A stretch of DNA of 60,134 nt, the filler included. It is 4 parts of 4 records of this genome, joined end to end, with 100 filler letters (N's around TTAATTAATTAA, not from the genome) between each part and the next. Parts side by side here need not be neighbours in the genome. Positions count along the whole stretch, not along the records: positions 1 to 21,462 come from DRR378314_833; 3 more parts are not named here. One strand, written 5' to 3'. The notes under the pieces were generated by a model. It was not told where the DNA came from. It did not search any database and saw only the letters and a list, made by a program, of their open reading frames with translations. A program made the translations under genes and the position numbers. Positions 1 to 9,932 of this stretch are shown piece after piece. The stretch's first letter is position 1, and the number at the start of each line of letters is the position of its first letter.

Positions 1-762
1 GCCCACATCGGGTGCCACCACGCGCAGCTTATGTTCCGGGATGCCCAGTACAAAGGCCCCCATCAGCAAGCGGATCACATGTGGGTTCTGGCTGGTCGTA
101 TAGAGCGTATGCTCACCATCCGAGCGGTCGAAATCCCCAATCGCCACACGCGGCTCCATCGGGTTGGCAACCAGTCGGTTATTGGTCAGTTCCAGCGTGG
201 TGACATGAGCGGCGTTCTGAAACGCCTCATCCACAGCACCCTTGTTTTCCTCGACAAAACCCCAGTCATAACACAGGTTTCCGGGCAGTTCGTCATGTAC
301 CTTCGGCGCACCATCCTTGACCGCCTCTTTCATGTTCACCACCGCCGGCAGTTCGACGATATCAACTTCAATCGCTTCTGCCGCATCGCGGGCCTGCGCC
401 AATGTATCTGCAACGACAGCAGCAATCGGTTCACCGACATGACGCACCTTGCCATGGGCCAGCACCGGATGTCTGGGCTCGTGCATCGGATCGCCATGTT
501 TGTCCGTTACCTGCCAGCCACAAGGCATACCGCCGATTTCTGCAAAATCCTCACCGGTGAAAATCTGCACCACACCGGGCATCCCAGCCGCGGCAGAGGT
601 ATCAACCTTTGTCAGCGTACCATGGGCCACATCAGAGCGCAGAAAATGCACATAGGCCTGCCCCCGCATGTTGATGTCATCGGTATACTTCCCATTTCCG
701 GTCAAAAACCGAACGTCTTCGCGCCGCTTGCTGCTGGCACCAATTCCGCCATCCTTAGGCAT
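1..762 (-). CDS. coxL: Molybdopterin-binding large subunit of an aerobic CO dehydrogenase-like/xanthine oxidase-family enzyme (N-terminal part, runs off the window)
   Basis: Not in the ORF track. Manual minus-strand translation from ATG at 762 (RBS GGGAGG) gives MPKDGGIGASSKRREDVRFLTGNGKYTDDINMRGQAYVHFLRSDVAHG, a typical CoxL/CutL N-terminus. It lies downstream of coxS. Confidence 0.85.
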   Translation of the reverse strand, partial: MPKDGGIGASSKRREDVRFLTGNGKYTDDINMRGQAYVHFLRSDVAHGTLTKVDTSAAAGMPGVVQIFTGEDFAEIGGMPCGWQVTDKHGDPMHEPRHPVLAHGKVRHVGEPIAAVVADTLAQARDAAEAIEVDIVELPAVVNMKEAVKDGAPKVHDELPGNLCYDWGFVEENKGAVDEAFQNAAHVTTLELTNNRLVANPMEPRVAIGDFDRSDGEHTLYTTSQNPHVIRLLMGAFVLGIPEHKLRVVAPDVG

Positions 763-780
763 GTTATTCCTCCCTAGTGG

Positions 781-802
781 GGTGCATTGAAATGCACCTT
801 AC
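781..802 (-). repeat. REP-like palindrome (GTAA-GGTGCATT-TC-AATGCACC on the minus strand)
   Basis: Perfect 8-bp inverted repeat with a 2-nt loop, preceded by a GTAR tetranucleotide, in the VOC-coxL spacer. Single copy in this window. Confidence 0.4.
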
Positions 803-850
803 GTATTTGAAATGATTTTCAGGCCGCACGCACGCAGCGCGCAGCCTCTC

Positions 851-1183
851 TCAATCTTCCTGATGTAATCCAAACCGCACACCGCGCGGATCGGTACAGG
901 TGGCAAAACGGCCAAAACCGGGGGCATCCGCGATCTCTCCCATCAGGGTGCCCCCCGCCTGTTTGACCTCTGCCACCTTGGCCTCAATGTCTTCCACAGC
1001 CAGATAAGGCACCATGCAGGGGGATGCCTCTTCATGCATCCCGACCTTGCGTGTCCCGTCGGTGAAAAACCCCGCAGGCCCCGCGCCCATGCTTTCCCAA
1101 GACCAGCCCATGACCTCCTGAAAGAACGCCGCAGTGGCGTCCCGGTTGTCCGTGCCAATCTCGATGAAATCAGGGCCAGTCAC
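851..1183 (-). CDS. VOC/glyoxalase-family protein
   Basis: 110 aa. Motifs FIEIGT, FFQEVMGW, YLAVEDIE and DPRGVRFGLHQ fit the glyoxalase/bleomycin-resistance fold. Confidence 0.8.
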   Translation of the reverse strand: MTGPDFIEIGTDNRDATAAFFQEVMGWSWESMGAGPAGFFTDGTRKVGMHEEASPCMVPYLAVEDIEAKVAEVKQAGGTLMGEIADAPGFGRFATCTDPRGVRFGLHQED

Positions 1184-1669
1184 TTATTCGGCCGCAATCG
1201 CGCTGACATCCTGACCGGATGCCGCCATGATCGCCTTGACGATATTGTGATACCCTGTGCAGCGGCAGATATTGCCATCCAGATAGTGGCGCACATCCGC
1301 CTCAGTCGGTTTGGGGTTCTCTTTCAACAGGGCAGCCGCGGACATCACCATACCCGGTGTGCAAAAACCGCATTGCAAGCCGTGATGGTCCTGAAACGCC
1401 TGTTGGATCACATTCAGGGAACCATCGGCGTTTGCCTGACCTTCAATCGTATCCACCGTTGCCCCGTCAGCCTCCACCGCGAGCATGGTGCAGGCTTTGA
1501 CCGCCGCGCCGTTGACATGCACCACACAGGCCCCGCATTGGCTGGTGTCGCATCCGATGTGTGTGCCGGTAAGCCCCTGGTCTTCGCGCAGAAAATGCGC
1601 CAAAAGCGTGCGGCCTTCGACCTCACCCGATGCTGCCTTGCCGTTCACGGTCATTTTGACCTGTGTCAT
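1184..1669 (-). CDS. coxS: [2Fe-2S] small subunit of a CO dehydrogenase-like molybdo-hydroxylase
   Basis: [20 protein letters not shown] and GNICRCTGY iron-sulfur motifs. Confidence 0.93.
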   Translation of the reverse strand: MTQVKMTVNGKAASGEVEGRTLLAHFLREDQGLTGTHIGCDTSQCGACVVHVNGAAVKACTMLAVEADGATVDTIEGQANADGSLNVIQQAFQDHHGLQCGFCTPGMVMSAAALLKENPKPTEADVRHYLDGNICRCTGYHNIVKAIMAASGQDVSAIAAE

Positions 1670-1690
1670 ATCACCCTCCCTTGGTGTGCT

Positions 1691-1710
1691 TGGTTAAAGG
1701 GAGTTAACCA
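1691..1710. promoter_or_regulatory. Inverted repeat TGGTTAA-N6-TTAACCA upstream of coxS; possible operator
   Basis: Perfect 7-bp arms about 20 nt upstream of the coxS start, in an AT-rich spacer. Function is inferred. Confidence 0.3.
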
Positions 1711-1822
1711 CGGGCAAGCGCAGTTGAGAATAAAAAATTCGAGAGTTTTCAATTAAAGGTCGAAGTCGCCAGTCGACCCGGCAGGTTCCGGCGCGCCTTT
1801 GACAAGGTTAGCATGTCTTGTG

Positions 1823-2818
1823 TTAAGTTGAGCGACCCCGCCGTGGCTGTGGACGGGATGGAATTTCTTTCAGCAATCCGCCAACCCCCATGCCAGCAAT
1901 GTCGCGCGCACGCACCGGTACGCCACATAGAACGCGCGACAGCACCCAATCCGCGCCGTTCAGCGCCGGGGCACGGGCACAGCCCGGCAGACCAATCACC
2001 GGACGCCCGCGTAAATCACCGATAAACAACAGGTTTCCGGGATCCACCGGCATGCCAAACCGTTCCACCTGCCCCCCTGCGGCACGCAGGGCGGACGGGG
2101 CCACATCCTGCGGATCAGAAGTGGCCGATCCTGTCAGCACCAGCGCCAAATCGCTTTGCACCGCATCGATCGCCGCTGCCAATGCGGGTGTTTCATGAGG
2201 CACCATCACCACTGCCTCCAGATCAACATCAAGGGCGGCCAGACGATCAGCAATTGCCTTGCGCCCCTTGTCCCCGGCCCCGCCAGGTATTTCGCTGATG
2301 ATCAATGTGGCGGTGCGCAGGCTGGGTCGTGCCAAGGCGATAGCACCGCGACCAGCAGCCGAGATGGCCCGCTGCAAAGCCACACCCGGGACCGCGTAAG
2401 ATATAATCTTAATCGTGGCCGCCATGCCACCGCGGGCCAGTTGTCCGAACTGCGGCACCGTAGCGATTGTGATCATCGGATCAACCGCATTCACCGCCTC
2501 AAGGGCCGCCACATCCAGCTGCACAACGCCCGGCCCCTGCGCCAAGAGGTTTACCCGCCCGGTAAAGGGTGCCGTCACATCCAGCCCCTGCCCGTCTCCC
2601 AGCACCGCCTTTGCCAAAGCCGCTGCCGCATCGTTTTCGCTGATATCCCCGGCCTCCAGCCGCGCCACGGTGATTTCGCGCAGCTCTGCCTCTGCCAAAG
2701 CTGCGATATCATCCGCGTCCAAAACACGTCCCTTGCGCAACCGCCCTTTGCGCAGGGCCACAGAATGCGCCAGCACCGCACCTTCGGCATCTTTCAGGGG
2801 AACCGGGCCAAACTTCAT
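1823..2818 (-). CDS. Molybdopterin-binding (MoeA/MocA N-terminal-like) cofactor accessory protein
   Basis: MKFGPVPL N-terminus; GMPVDPGNLL, IGLPGCAR and MGVGGLLKEIPSRPQPR motifs; overlaps the xdhC stop codon. Confidence 0.8.
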   Translation of the reverse strand: MKFGPVPLKDAEGAVLAHSVALRKGRLRKGRVLDADDIAALAEAELREITVARLEAGDISENDAAAALAKAVLGDGQGLDVTAPFTGRVNLLAQGPGVVQLDVAALEAVNAVDPMITIATVPQFGQLARGGMAATIKIISYAVPGVALQRAISAAGRGAIALARPSLRTATLIISEIPGGAGDKGRKAIADRLAALDVDLEAVVMVPHETPALAAAIDAVQSDLALVLTGSATSDPQDVAPSALRAAGGQVERFGMPVDPGNLLFIGDLRGRPVIGLPGCARAPALNGADWVLSRVLCGVPVRARDIAGMGVGGLLKEIPSRPQPRRGRST

Positions 2819-3783
2819 GAGCCGCGCAACGTCTGGATGATCTGGGCCATAATTGATACCGCAATTTCGGCAGGGCCTGCCGCGCCGATGTCCAGTCCGA
2901 CCGGCCCTTTAATCCGTGCAATCTGATGGGCATCGAACCCGGCTTCTCCCAGCCGTGTCACCCGAGAGGCATGGGTGCGCGAGCTGCCCAATGCGCCGAT
3001 GTAAAACGCCTGAGAATGCAGCCCGACATGCAAGGCGGGATCATCCAGCTTCGGATCATGGGTCAACAGAACCAGCGCAGTACGGGCATCGACGCCAATT
3101 TCGTTCAGGGCGTCATCAGGCCAGTCGTTGATCAGTGTTGCATCAGGAAACCGGGCAGTAGAGCCAAAAGCCTCGCGTGGGTCGATGACGATGGGGTCAA
3201 AACCAACAGCCCGTGCCATGCTGACCAGTGTCTGGGCAATGTGAACCGCCCCCACAACCACCAGCCGCAGTGGCGGGTTATGGATTGCGATAAAGCTGGC
3301 ACCGTCTTCGCTGACGCCAGAACGATCCATCCTGAACCGCGCCTCATGGCCGTCACGCCGCAAGCCACGTGTCGATCCGTCCAGAGCAACCTCATAAGCC
3401 ACCGCAACACGTTCTGCGCGCGCCGTGACCAGTTCCTCCAGCGTTTCAAGCGGCATGCCGCCTGTGCCCACCGGTTCGACCAGAATGCGAATTGTCCCGC
3501 CACACGCCAGCCCGACCGCAAAGGCGTCACCGTCACTGACACCGTATTCCAGAACCCTTGTGCCGCCCTGCGCCAACACCTCCAGCGCCTCAAGCACCAC
3601 TGCGCCTTCAACACAGCCCCCCGAAACGGAGCCTTCCATATCGCCTTCGCCGGAAATCACCAGCTGCGATCCCACACGGCGCGGCGCGGAACCCCATGTC
3701 TCTATCACTGTGGCCAGAACAGCCCCTGTGCCGGCCCGCGCCCATTCCAGCGCCTGTTCCGGCGCTCTTTCGCTTTGCTGCAT
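2815..3783 (-). CDS. xdhC: XdhC/CoxI-family Moco insertion chaperone
   Basis: TWGSAPR, GSVSGGCVEG, GLACGG, THDPKLDDPAL, YIGALGS and GPVGLDIGA motifs. Start placed at MQQSER (3783). Confidence 0.9.
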   Translation of the reverse strand: MQQSERAPEQALEWARAGTGAVLATVIETWGSAPRRVGSQLVISGEGDMEGSVSGGCVEGAVVLEALEVLAQGGTRVLEYGVSDGDAFAVGLACGGTIRILVEPVGTGGMPLETLEELVTARAERVAVAYEVALDGSTRGLRRDGHEARFRMDRSGVSEDGASFIAIHNPPLRLVVVGAVHIAQTLVSMARAVGFDPIVIDPREAFGSTARFPDATLINDWPDDALNEIGVDARTALVLLTHDPKLDDPALHVGLHSQAFYIGALGSSRTHASRVTRLGEAGFDAHQIARIKGPVGLDIGAAGPAEIAVSIMAQIIQTLRGS

Positions 3784-3986
3784 GTCGGTCCTCCGTGACT
3801 GTTGGCGCGCATCCTTATTCATGCATGGCCTTCCTGAAACATCTAATCTGTGGCCCCGCCGCGCTCAACGGGATAACCTATTGCGCGAATATTACCGGTC
3901 ATTCGCTTGCACAGCCCCCCTGTCGCGATTACATCTGACATAACGTTTACACCCCATCCACTGTCCCTACTGCCGGAGCCGCCTTC

Positions 3987-4223
3987 ATGCCGATGCAAGC
4001 CCAAGAGATCGAAGATTTGATCCGTGCGTCCTTCCCTGACGCCGAGATCACTGTACAGGGCAATGACGGCGTGCATATGGCTGCTATGGTCGTAGACGCC
4101 TCGTTCAAGGGCATGAACCGCGTGCAACAGCAACGTGCAGTCTATGCTGCCCTGAAGGGCAAGATGGACGGGCCCAACGGTGATCTGCATGCGCTGGCGC
4201 TGACCACCAAAGCACCGGATTAA
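3987..4223 (+). CDS. bolA: BolA/IbaG-family protein
   Basis: 78 aa; FKGMNRVQQQRAVY and LHALAL motifs. Confidence 0.9.
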   Translation: MPMQAQEIEDLIRASFPDAEITVQGNDGVHMAAMVVDASFKGMNRVQQQRAVYAALKGKMDGPNGDLHALALTTKAPD

Positions 4224-4227
4224 CACC

Positions 4228-4575
4228 ATGTGGATCTGGTTGCTTGCTCTGGTTGTTGCGGGGGTCGGTATCACCGGCTTTTTGCAATACCGTGCGCAAC
4301 GGTCCACCTATCGCCCGCTTGCCGGCCGCCAGCCCCCGCGCCGCACCTCTGATGTGCCGCTGGGCATGGAAGCCACTGATCTGGACGCAGTGTCACGCAC
4401 CAATCGGCGCAACGAAAGCCTTGAGCGGGGCCAGACCAACTGGTTGACCTCCAAAGGCGTTTTCGGGCGGGCCGATACAGATGTGCCGCCATTGGCCGAT
4501 GATGAAACCTATGCTGCGCGTTACCATGACGCGTTTCACACCCCTCAATCCAAGTCTTCGAAATCAAAGGATTAA
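4228..4575 (+). CDS. Hypothetical protein with an N-terminal membrane anchor
   Basis: Fills the bolA-grxD gap with 4-nt spacing on each side; hydrophobic N-terminus [19 protein letters not shown]. Confidence 0.6.
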   Translation: MWIWLLALVVAGVGITGFLQYRAQRSTYRPLAGRQPPRRTSDVPLGMEATDLDAVSRTNRRNESLERGQTNWLTSKGVFGRADTDVPPLADDETYAARYHDAFHTPQSKSSKSKD

Positions 4576-4579
4576 CTCC

Positions 4580-4942
4580 ATGAGCGATGCCGCCACCCGT
4601 ATCAAATCCACCATCACCGACAACAATGTTGTGTTGTTTATGAAAGGCACCAAAGAGATGCCGCAATGCGGGTTTTCCTCCCGCGTGGCCGGTGTGCTGA
4701 ACTACATGGGGATCGAATATTCCGATGTGAACGTGCTGGCCGATGAAGAGATCCGCGCAGGTATCAAGGATTTCTCCGACTGGCCCACCATCCCGCAGCT
4801 TTATGTCAAAGGTGAATTCATCGGCGGCTGTGACATCATCACCGAAATGACCCTCTCTGGTGAGCTGGACACTTTGTTTGAGGAAAACGGCGTGGCTTAC
4901 GACAAGGAAGCCGCTGACAAGATCCGCGAAGCCAACGGGTAA
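4580..4942 (+). CDS. grxD: Monothiol glutaredoxin Grx4
   Basis: [20 protein letters not shown] and GGCDI motifs. Start at MSDAATRIK. Confidence 0.95.
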   Translation: MSDAATRIKSTITDNNVVLFMKGTKEMPQCGFSSRVAGVLNYMGIEYSDVNVLADEEIRAGIKDFSDWPTIPQLYVKGEFIGGCDIITEMTLSGELDTLFEENGVAYDKEAADKIREANG

Positions 4943-4992
4943 CGTCCAAACGCCAAGCCCGCAGGTGACCATTCACTTGTGTACGAAAACAT

Positions 4993-5026
4993 AAAAGCGT
5001 TCCATCATTGCTGATGGAACGCTTTT
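4993..5026. terminator. Bidirectional intrinsic terminator between convergent grxD and zapA
   Basis: Perfect 15-bp inverted repeat AAAAGCGTTCCATCA-TTGC-TGATGGAACGCTTTT. Confidence 0.75.
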
Positions 5027-5104
5027 TCATGTCCGGCATTCCTTTAGGTCAGACAGTCATTTCTTTATGTCAGCTAACCCCAACGGGCAGCCGGGAAGCC
5101 TGAC

Positions 5105-5494
5105 CTAACCGGCTTTTTCTTCCACCGCTGCGGCCAGCGCTTCGGCCTGGGCAGCAACTTCTGCCAGAGTGTCGGTCACTTGCTGGGGCACCACGGGCAC
5201 CTCAATGCGTTCAGGCTCAACCACGGTGTTGCGCAACCCGGCCAGTTCAGCCTCGCGCTCGGCCAGTTCTGCGCGAACCTCCTTGATCTTATCCTCGACG
5301 CTGGCGGTCTTATCCGCCAACAGCAGACCAGCCATCAACAACATCCGCGCCTCTGGCATCCGGCCCACCTGATCCGACAGGATCTGCGCTTCATCGTCCA
5401 GCATTTTGGCAGCGGAATGCAGATAGGTTTCCTCGCCCTCCTGACAGGCCACTTCAAACTGGCGACCGCCGATTGTGATCTTGGTTTCCGGCAT
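5105..5494 (-). CDS. zapA: Cell division protein ZapA
   Basis: ITIGGRQFEVACQEGEE and RMLLMAGLLLAD motifs, followed by a coiled coil. Confidence 0.85.
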   Translation of the reverse strand: MPETKITIGGRQFEVACQEGEETYLHSAAKMLDDEAQILSDQVGRMPEARMLLMAGLLLADKTASVEDKIKEVRAELAEREAELAGLRNTVVEPERIEVPVVPQQVTDTLAEVAAQAEALAAAVEEKAG

Positions 5495-5973
5495 CAGGCT
5501 GTCTCCTCGTCTTTTGCATTCTCCAACAGCGGTGTAAGCGCGGAAATAATGGCGCTGGTTTCCGCCACATCAGAGGCCCGCGCGGCGCGCAGGCCCTCTA
5601 GCTCCGCCAGCATCGCCTTGTTGATCAGATGCGGCTCGCCCACCCCTTCGGCATTGGCCGCTTGCAGGGCTTCACAGGCTTCGGTCAACTGCGTGTTGGC
5701 GCGGCGCACCCGCTGTAGATCGGTGTCCAGCTGCGCCATGCGCGCCTCGCCTTCCTCCAGCTTGGCACGCATCTGCGCCAGTTCATCTTCATACCGTGTC
5801 TTCAGGGTGCGCACCCGTTCGGTCAGTTGGGCGTTCGCGGTGCGCTCGTCCTCCAGCGCCTGAACCATTTCCGGGTCCGGCCCTGCCGGGCCGCCGCCGA
5901 TTTTGTCCAGCCCGCTTGCAACCCGGTCCATCGCCTTGGTGATGCGGCGTTGTAGATCGTCGATGTTACTCAT
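5494..5973 (-). CDS. Coiled-coil hypothetical protein upstream of zapA
   Basis: 159 aa with heptad-rich E/L/R composition; its stop overlaps the zapA start. Confidence 0.75.
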   Translation of the reverse strand: MSNIDDLQRRITKAMDRVASGLDKIGGGPAGPDPEMVQALEDERTANAQLTERVRTLKTRYEDELAQMRAKLEEGEARMAQLDTDLQRVRRANTQLTEACEALQAANAEGVGEPHLINKAMLAELEGLRAARASDVAETSAIISALTPLLENAKDEETA

Positions 5974-6227
5974 TTGCCTGACGTCCCCCGTAAGTTCTTG
6001 TTCATTCGTCTTGCGTCATTTTGAGATCTAGGGCGCGAATCGCCCTGAAACAATATTCCCGTAATCCTACCCAAAGAAATTACCAAATGCGCCCCCCCGT
6101 TTGAGATCAGCCACTTGAACGGCGAAGTTGAACCCATAAAGGCCCCGCCGCGCCTTTGGCTTGAACTTTGCGGGCGCACTGATATGCACAGGCGCAACTC
6201 AATTGCTCACCCATAAGGAAGTCCCCC

Positions 6228-8243
6228 TTGGATCTGAACGCCCTGCGCACCGCAAACCCCGACCATTGGTCCAAAGCCACCGCCATTCGCGCCCTTACTC
6301 TGGACGCCGTTGCCGCCGCCAACTCAGGCCATTCCGGCATGCCGATGGGCATGGCAGATGTTGCCACGGTACTGTTTGAAAACCATCTGAAGTTTGATGC
6401 AGCCAACCCGCTGTGGCCTGACCGCGACCGGTTCATCCTTTCCGCCGGTCACGGGTCGATGCTGATCTATTCCCTGCTGCATCTTGTGGGCGACGCGCAA
6501 TTCCCGATCGAAGAAATCAAGAACTTCCGCCAGATGGGTGCACGCACTGCGGGCCACCCCGAGAATTTCCTGGCCGATGCGATCGAAACCACCACCGGTC
6601 CCTTGGGCCAAGGCATCGCCAATTCCGTGGGTTTCGCCATGGCGGAAGAAATTCAGCGCGCGACCTATGGCAAGAAAGTGGTCGACCACTTCACCTATGT
6701 CATCGCTGGCGACGGCTGCCTGATGGAAGGTGTGTCGCAAGAGGCGATTACATTGGCCGGGCGTCATCAGCTGTCCAAGCTGATTGTCATGTGGGACAAC
6801 AACAACATCACCATCGACGGCCCTGTCACCCTGTCGGACCGCACTGATCAGGTGACCCGCTTTGAATCTGCCGGTTGGCATGTGATCGAAATCGACGGGC
6901 ATAACCCGGCCGAGATCGACGCCGCCCTGACCGAGGCCCGCAAATCCGATAAGCCGTCGATGATCGCATGCAAAACCCACATCGCTCTGGGTCATGCGGC
7001 GCAGGATACCTCAAAAGGCCATGGTGCGCTGACCGACCCGGATCAGATGGCAGCCGCCAAAGCTGCCTATGGCTGGACCACAGCGCCATTTGAAGTGCCC
7101 GCAGACGTGAAAGCCGCATGGGAAGAAATCGGCAAACGTGGCGCGGCGGAGCGTGAAGCATGGGAAGAACGGTTTGACAAAATGCCCCGCGCCAAACGCG
7201 AGACTTTCAACCGTGCGCTGGCACTGGATGCCCCCAAGAAGCTGAGCGCGACCATCAAAGCCTTTAAAAAGCAGATGTCGGAGACCGCGCCGAAATTGGC
7301 CACCCGCGCCTCCTCTGAAAAAACCCTTGAGGTGATCAACCCGATCATGCCCGAAACCGTTGGTGGCTCCGCCGATCTGACCGGTTCAAACAACACCAAG
7401 ACATCCGATCTGGGTGTGTTTGACACGGACAACCGCGCGGGCCGCTATGTATACTGGGGCGTGCGTGAACACGGCATGTCCTCTGCGATGAACGGCATGG
7501 CCTTGCATGGTGGTGTACGCCCTTACGGCGGCACATTCATGTGCTTCACCGATTACGCCCGTCCCGCTATGCGTCTGGCAGCGCTGATGCAGGTGCCAAG
7601 CGTCTTTGTAATGACCCATGATTCCATCGGTCTTGGCGAAGATGGGCCGACCCACCAGCCGGTCGAGCATCTGGCGATTTCACGTGCCACGCCGAACACC
7701 TATGTCTTCCGCCCTGCCGATACGATTGAAACGGCAGAAGCCTGGGAAATCGCGTTGACCGCCAAGAAAACCCCATCGGTGCTGTCGCTGACGCGTCAGG
7801 GGCTCCCGACCGTGCGCCTTGAGCACAAGAACAACAACATGGTCGAAAAAGGGGCCTATGTGCTGGCGGATTCCGACGGCAAACGTCAGGTCATCCTGAT
7901 CGCTACCGGTTCCGAGGTGCATCTGGCCATGCAGGCCCGCGAGATGTTGCAGGCAGAGGGCGTCGGTACCCGCGTGGTTTCCATGCCCTGTATGGAGCTG
8001 TTTGCCGCGCAGGACGAAGCCTATCGCAAGCGCATCCTGCCGGGTGGCGCTGTGCGTGTCGGCGTTGAGGCCGGTGTGCAGATGGGTTGGGACCGTTGGC
8101 TGTTTGGCGAGCGTGGCAAGGCGAACAAAGCAGCCTTTGTCGGCATGGACCGTTTCGGAGCCTCTGCCCCGGCGGAAGAGCTGTTCGAGAAGTTCGGGAT
8201 CACTGCGCAGGGCGTGGCAGATGCCGCCAAGGCGCTGCTCTAA
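6228..8243 (+). CDS. tkt: Transketolase
   Basis: [37 protein letters not shown] and [16 protein letters not shown] motifs; TTG start. Confidence 0.97.
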   Translation: MDLNALRTANPDHWSKATAIRALTLDAVAAANSGHSGMPMGMADVATVLFENHLKFDAANPLWPDRDRFILSAGHGSMLIYSLLHLVGDAQFPIEEIKNFRQMGARTAGHPENFLADAIETTTGPLGQGIANSVGFAMAEEIQRATYGKKVVDHFTYVIAGDGCLMEGVSQEAITLAGRHQLSKLIVMWDNNNITIDGPVTLSDRTDQVTRFESAGWHVIEIDGHNPAEIDAALTEARKSDKPSMIACKTHIALGHAAQDTSKGHGALTDPDQMAAAKAAYGWTTAPFEVPADVKAAWEEIGKRGAAEREAWEERFDKMPRAKRETFNRALALDAPKKLSATIKAFKKQMSETAPKLATRASSEKTLEVINPIMPETVGGSADLTGSNNTKTSDLGVFDTDNRAGRYVYWGVREHGMSSAMNGMALHGGVRPYGGTFMCFTDYARPAMRLAALMQVPSVFVMTHDSIGLGEDGPTHQPVEHLAISRATPNTYVFRPADTIETAEAWEIALTAKKTPSVLSLTRQGLPTVRLEHKNNNMVEKGAYVLADSDGKRQVILIATGSEVHLAMQAREMLQAEGVGTRVVSMPCMELFAAQDEAYRKRILPGGAVRVGVEAGVQMGWDRWLFGERGKANKAAFVGMDRFGASAPAEELFEKFGITAQGVADAAKALL

Positions 8244-8272
8244 CGCCAGATTACAACCCTAAGGTTACCCGG

Positions 8273-8301
8273 AAGCCCCGCCTGTTTTTGGCGGGGCTTT
8301 T
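8273..8301 (+). terminator. Intrinsic terminator after tkt
   Basis: AAGCCCCGCC / GGCGGGGCTT stem followed by T residues. Confidence 0.75.
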
Positions 8302-8490
8302 CGCGTTTGGGGTCGCGGTAAGCAGGAATTTGCATGAAGTCAGCGAGATAGCGCCGAAAACGGATAGCCGCAATTCAGCCCTAGTATCTTAAAACACCCT
8401 AACCTAAGGTTGATGCAAGAGATGTTCATACTTTTTTAGTTTTCGCTGGCTTATCATCCGGTGAAGCAGAGTTGCCGAGAAGGGGACCGT

Positions 8491-8658
8491 ATGTCTATCA
8501 CGTTCATGATCACAGCGCTTTGCGCTGGAGTTGCATCTAGCGCTGTCTGGTTGTCTTTGGGCGGGTCTGGCCTGATGGCATTTGTTGTTTACGTCCTGAC
8601 CGGGCATCTGATGATTGCCGCCCTTCTTGGCCGCGCTGCCCTGCGCCAGCAAAACTAA
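8491..8658 (+). CDS. Small two-helix membrane protein (hypothetical)
   Basis: 55 aa with two hydrophobic segments; AAGGGG RBS-like sequence upstream of the ATG. Confidence 0.5.
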   Translation: MSITFMITALCAGVASSAVWLSLGGSGLMAFVVYVLTGHLMIAALLGRAALRQQN

Positions 8659-8776
8659 AACAACAAGTTACCAGCTAGAACCGCGGTTAACTTGCTTTCA
8701 TCGTGAAAGGCGCGAGAGACCACTGTCAGTTGTTTGGCACACCAACCTCTGTCTCACCGGTTTTCCCCTCCAAGGA

Positions 8777-9748
8777 TCACGCCTTCCGATGAAAGACCTT
8801 GCGCCATAGGGGAGTGATGACCTTTTCCCCCAAAGGGATCAGCAAAAGCCCCAGCGCCAACCCGAAGATTCCATCCATCACAGCCTTGGCAAACCACTCT
8901 GTGGCACCTTCCACTGCGGGGGGCACCATATGGGCCAAGGCATATGCCGCATCGTGGATCCAATGACCCAAAGTGCCGTAGCCCAGCTCTTCTAGCCCGT
9001 GGATGATAATTGACCCGCCAACCCACAACATCGCTGCTGTGCCAATCACTGTCAGGGCCTTCAAAAACCCCGGCATGCCGCGCACCAAGCCACGCCCAAG
9101 GCTGCGCGTCAGCCCCAGTCGGCCCTTGTTGGCCATCAGCAAACCCAGATCATCAATCTTCACAATGATGGCAACCGCGCCATAAACCGCCACCGTTATC
9201 ATCACAGCCACAGCCGCAAGCGTGGCCGCTTCCATCCAGAAAGTGCTGGCGGGGATCGCCGCCAAAGCGATTGTCATGATCTCGGCTGACAGAATGAAAT
9301 CGGTCTTGATCGCCCCTGCCGCCTTTTGCTCTTCCAGTTGCGCCGGATCCTCGACCACTTGATCCTTGTCGGGATAATCCTCATGCCCATGGCTAAGCCC
9401 CAGAGAATGCGCGACCTTTTCCGCCCCCTCAAAACACAGATAGGCACCGCCCAGCATCAGTAAGGGGGCAATCGCCCAGGGGGCGAAGGCAGAAAGCGCC
9501 AAGCCCGCAGGCAGCAGAAACAACAACTTGTTGCGCAGACTGCCCTTGGTGATGCGCCAGATGACCGGCAATTCCCGGCTTGCGTCAAACCCCTGAACAT
9601 ATTTTGGCGTCACCGCGGCATCATCAATGACCGCACCCGCCGCCTTTGAACCGGCTTTTGCCGCCTGCCCGATCACATCATCAATCGAGGAGGCCGCAAC
9701 TTTTGCAATTGCCGCCACATCGTCCAACAGGGCTATTAATCCGCTCAT
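8777..9748 (-). CDS. DUF808/YedI-family inner membrane protein
   Basis: LIALLDDVAAIAK, IDDAAVTPKYV, RELPVIWRI and AIKTDFILSAEIM motifs. Confidence 0.88.
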   Translation of the reverse strand: MSGLIALLDDVAAIAKVAASSIDDVIGQAAKAGSKAAGAVIDDAAVTPKYVQGFDASRELPVIWRITKGSLRNKLLFLLPAGLALSAFAPWAIAPLLMLGGAYLCFEGAEKVAHSLGLSHGHEDYPDKDQVVEDPAQLEEQKAAGAIKTDFILSAEIMTIALAAIPASTFWMEAATLAAVAVMITVAVYGAVAIIVKIDDLGLLMANKGRLGLTRSLGRGLVRGMPGFLKALTVIGTAAMLWVGGSIIIHGLEELGYGTLGHWIHDAAYALAHMVPPAVEGATEWFAKAVMDGIFGLALGLLLIPLGEKVITPLWRKVFHRKA

Positions 9749-9811
9749 CCGGCATCCTTCCACGCGTTCACGGGAAATTTAGCGTGATCTCACCCCGCTG
9801 CAAGCCCCGAA

Positions 9812-9844
9812 CTTTACCGCTAACACAAAAATTTAGCGCTAACA
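9812..9844. promoter_or_regulatory. Two tandem LacI-family-like operators upstream of gap (CTTTACCGCTAACA and ATTTAGCGCTAACA)
   Basis: Two 14-mers sharing TTTAsCGCTAACA; the second contains the palindrome TTAGCGCTAA. They resemble the CceR/GapR-type site as I recall it. Confidence 0.45.
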
Positions 9845-9932
9845 GTCACTTATCCCCTGTCTTTCACCCTTTCCCCTATGGTCCACAGCCGGATATAGAG
9901 CGCCCAAGACACCCACCAAAAGGACGCATTTC

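Noticed and set aside
1694-1707. CtrA box upstream of coxS
   Set aside because: The spacing is TTAA-N6-TTAA, not the N7 of the CtrA consensus.
4943-5104. 6S RNA downstream of zapA
   Set aside because: The spacer is only about 160 nt and holds a bidirectional terminator; I could not see a 6S-like long hairpin.
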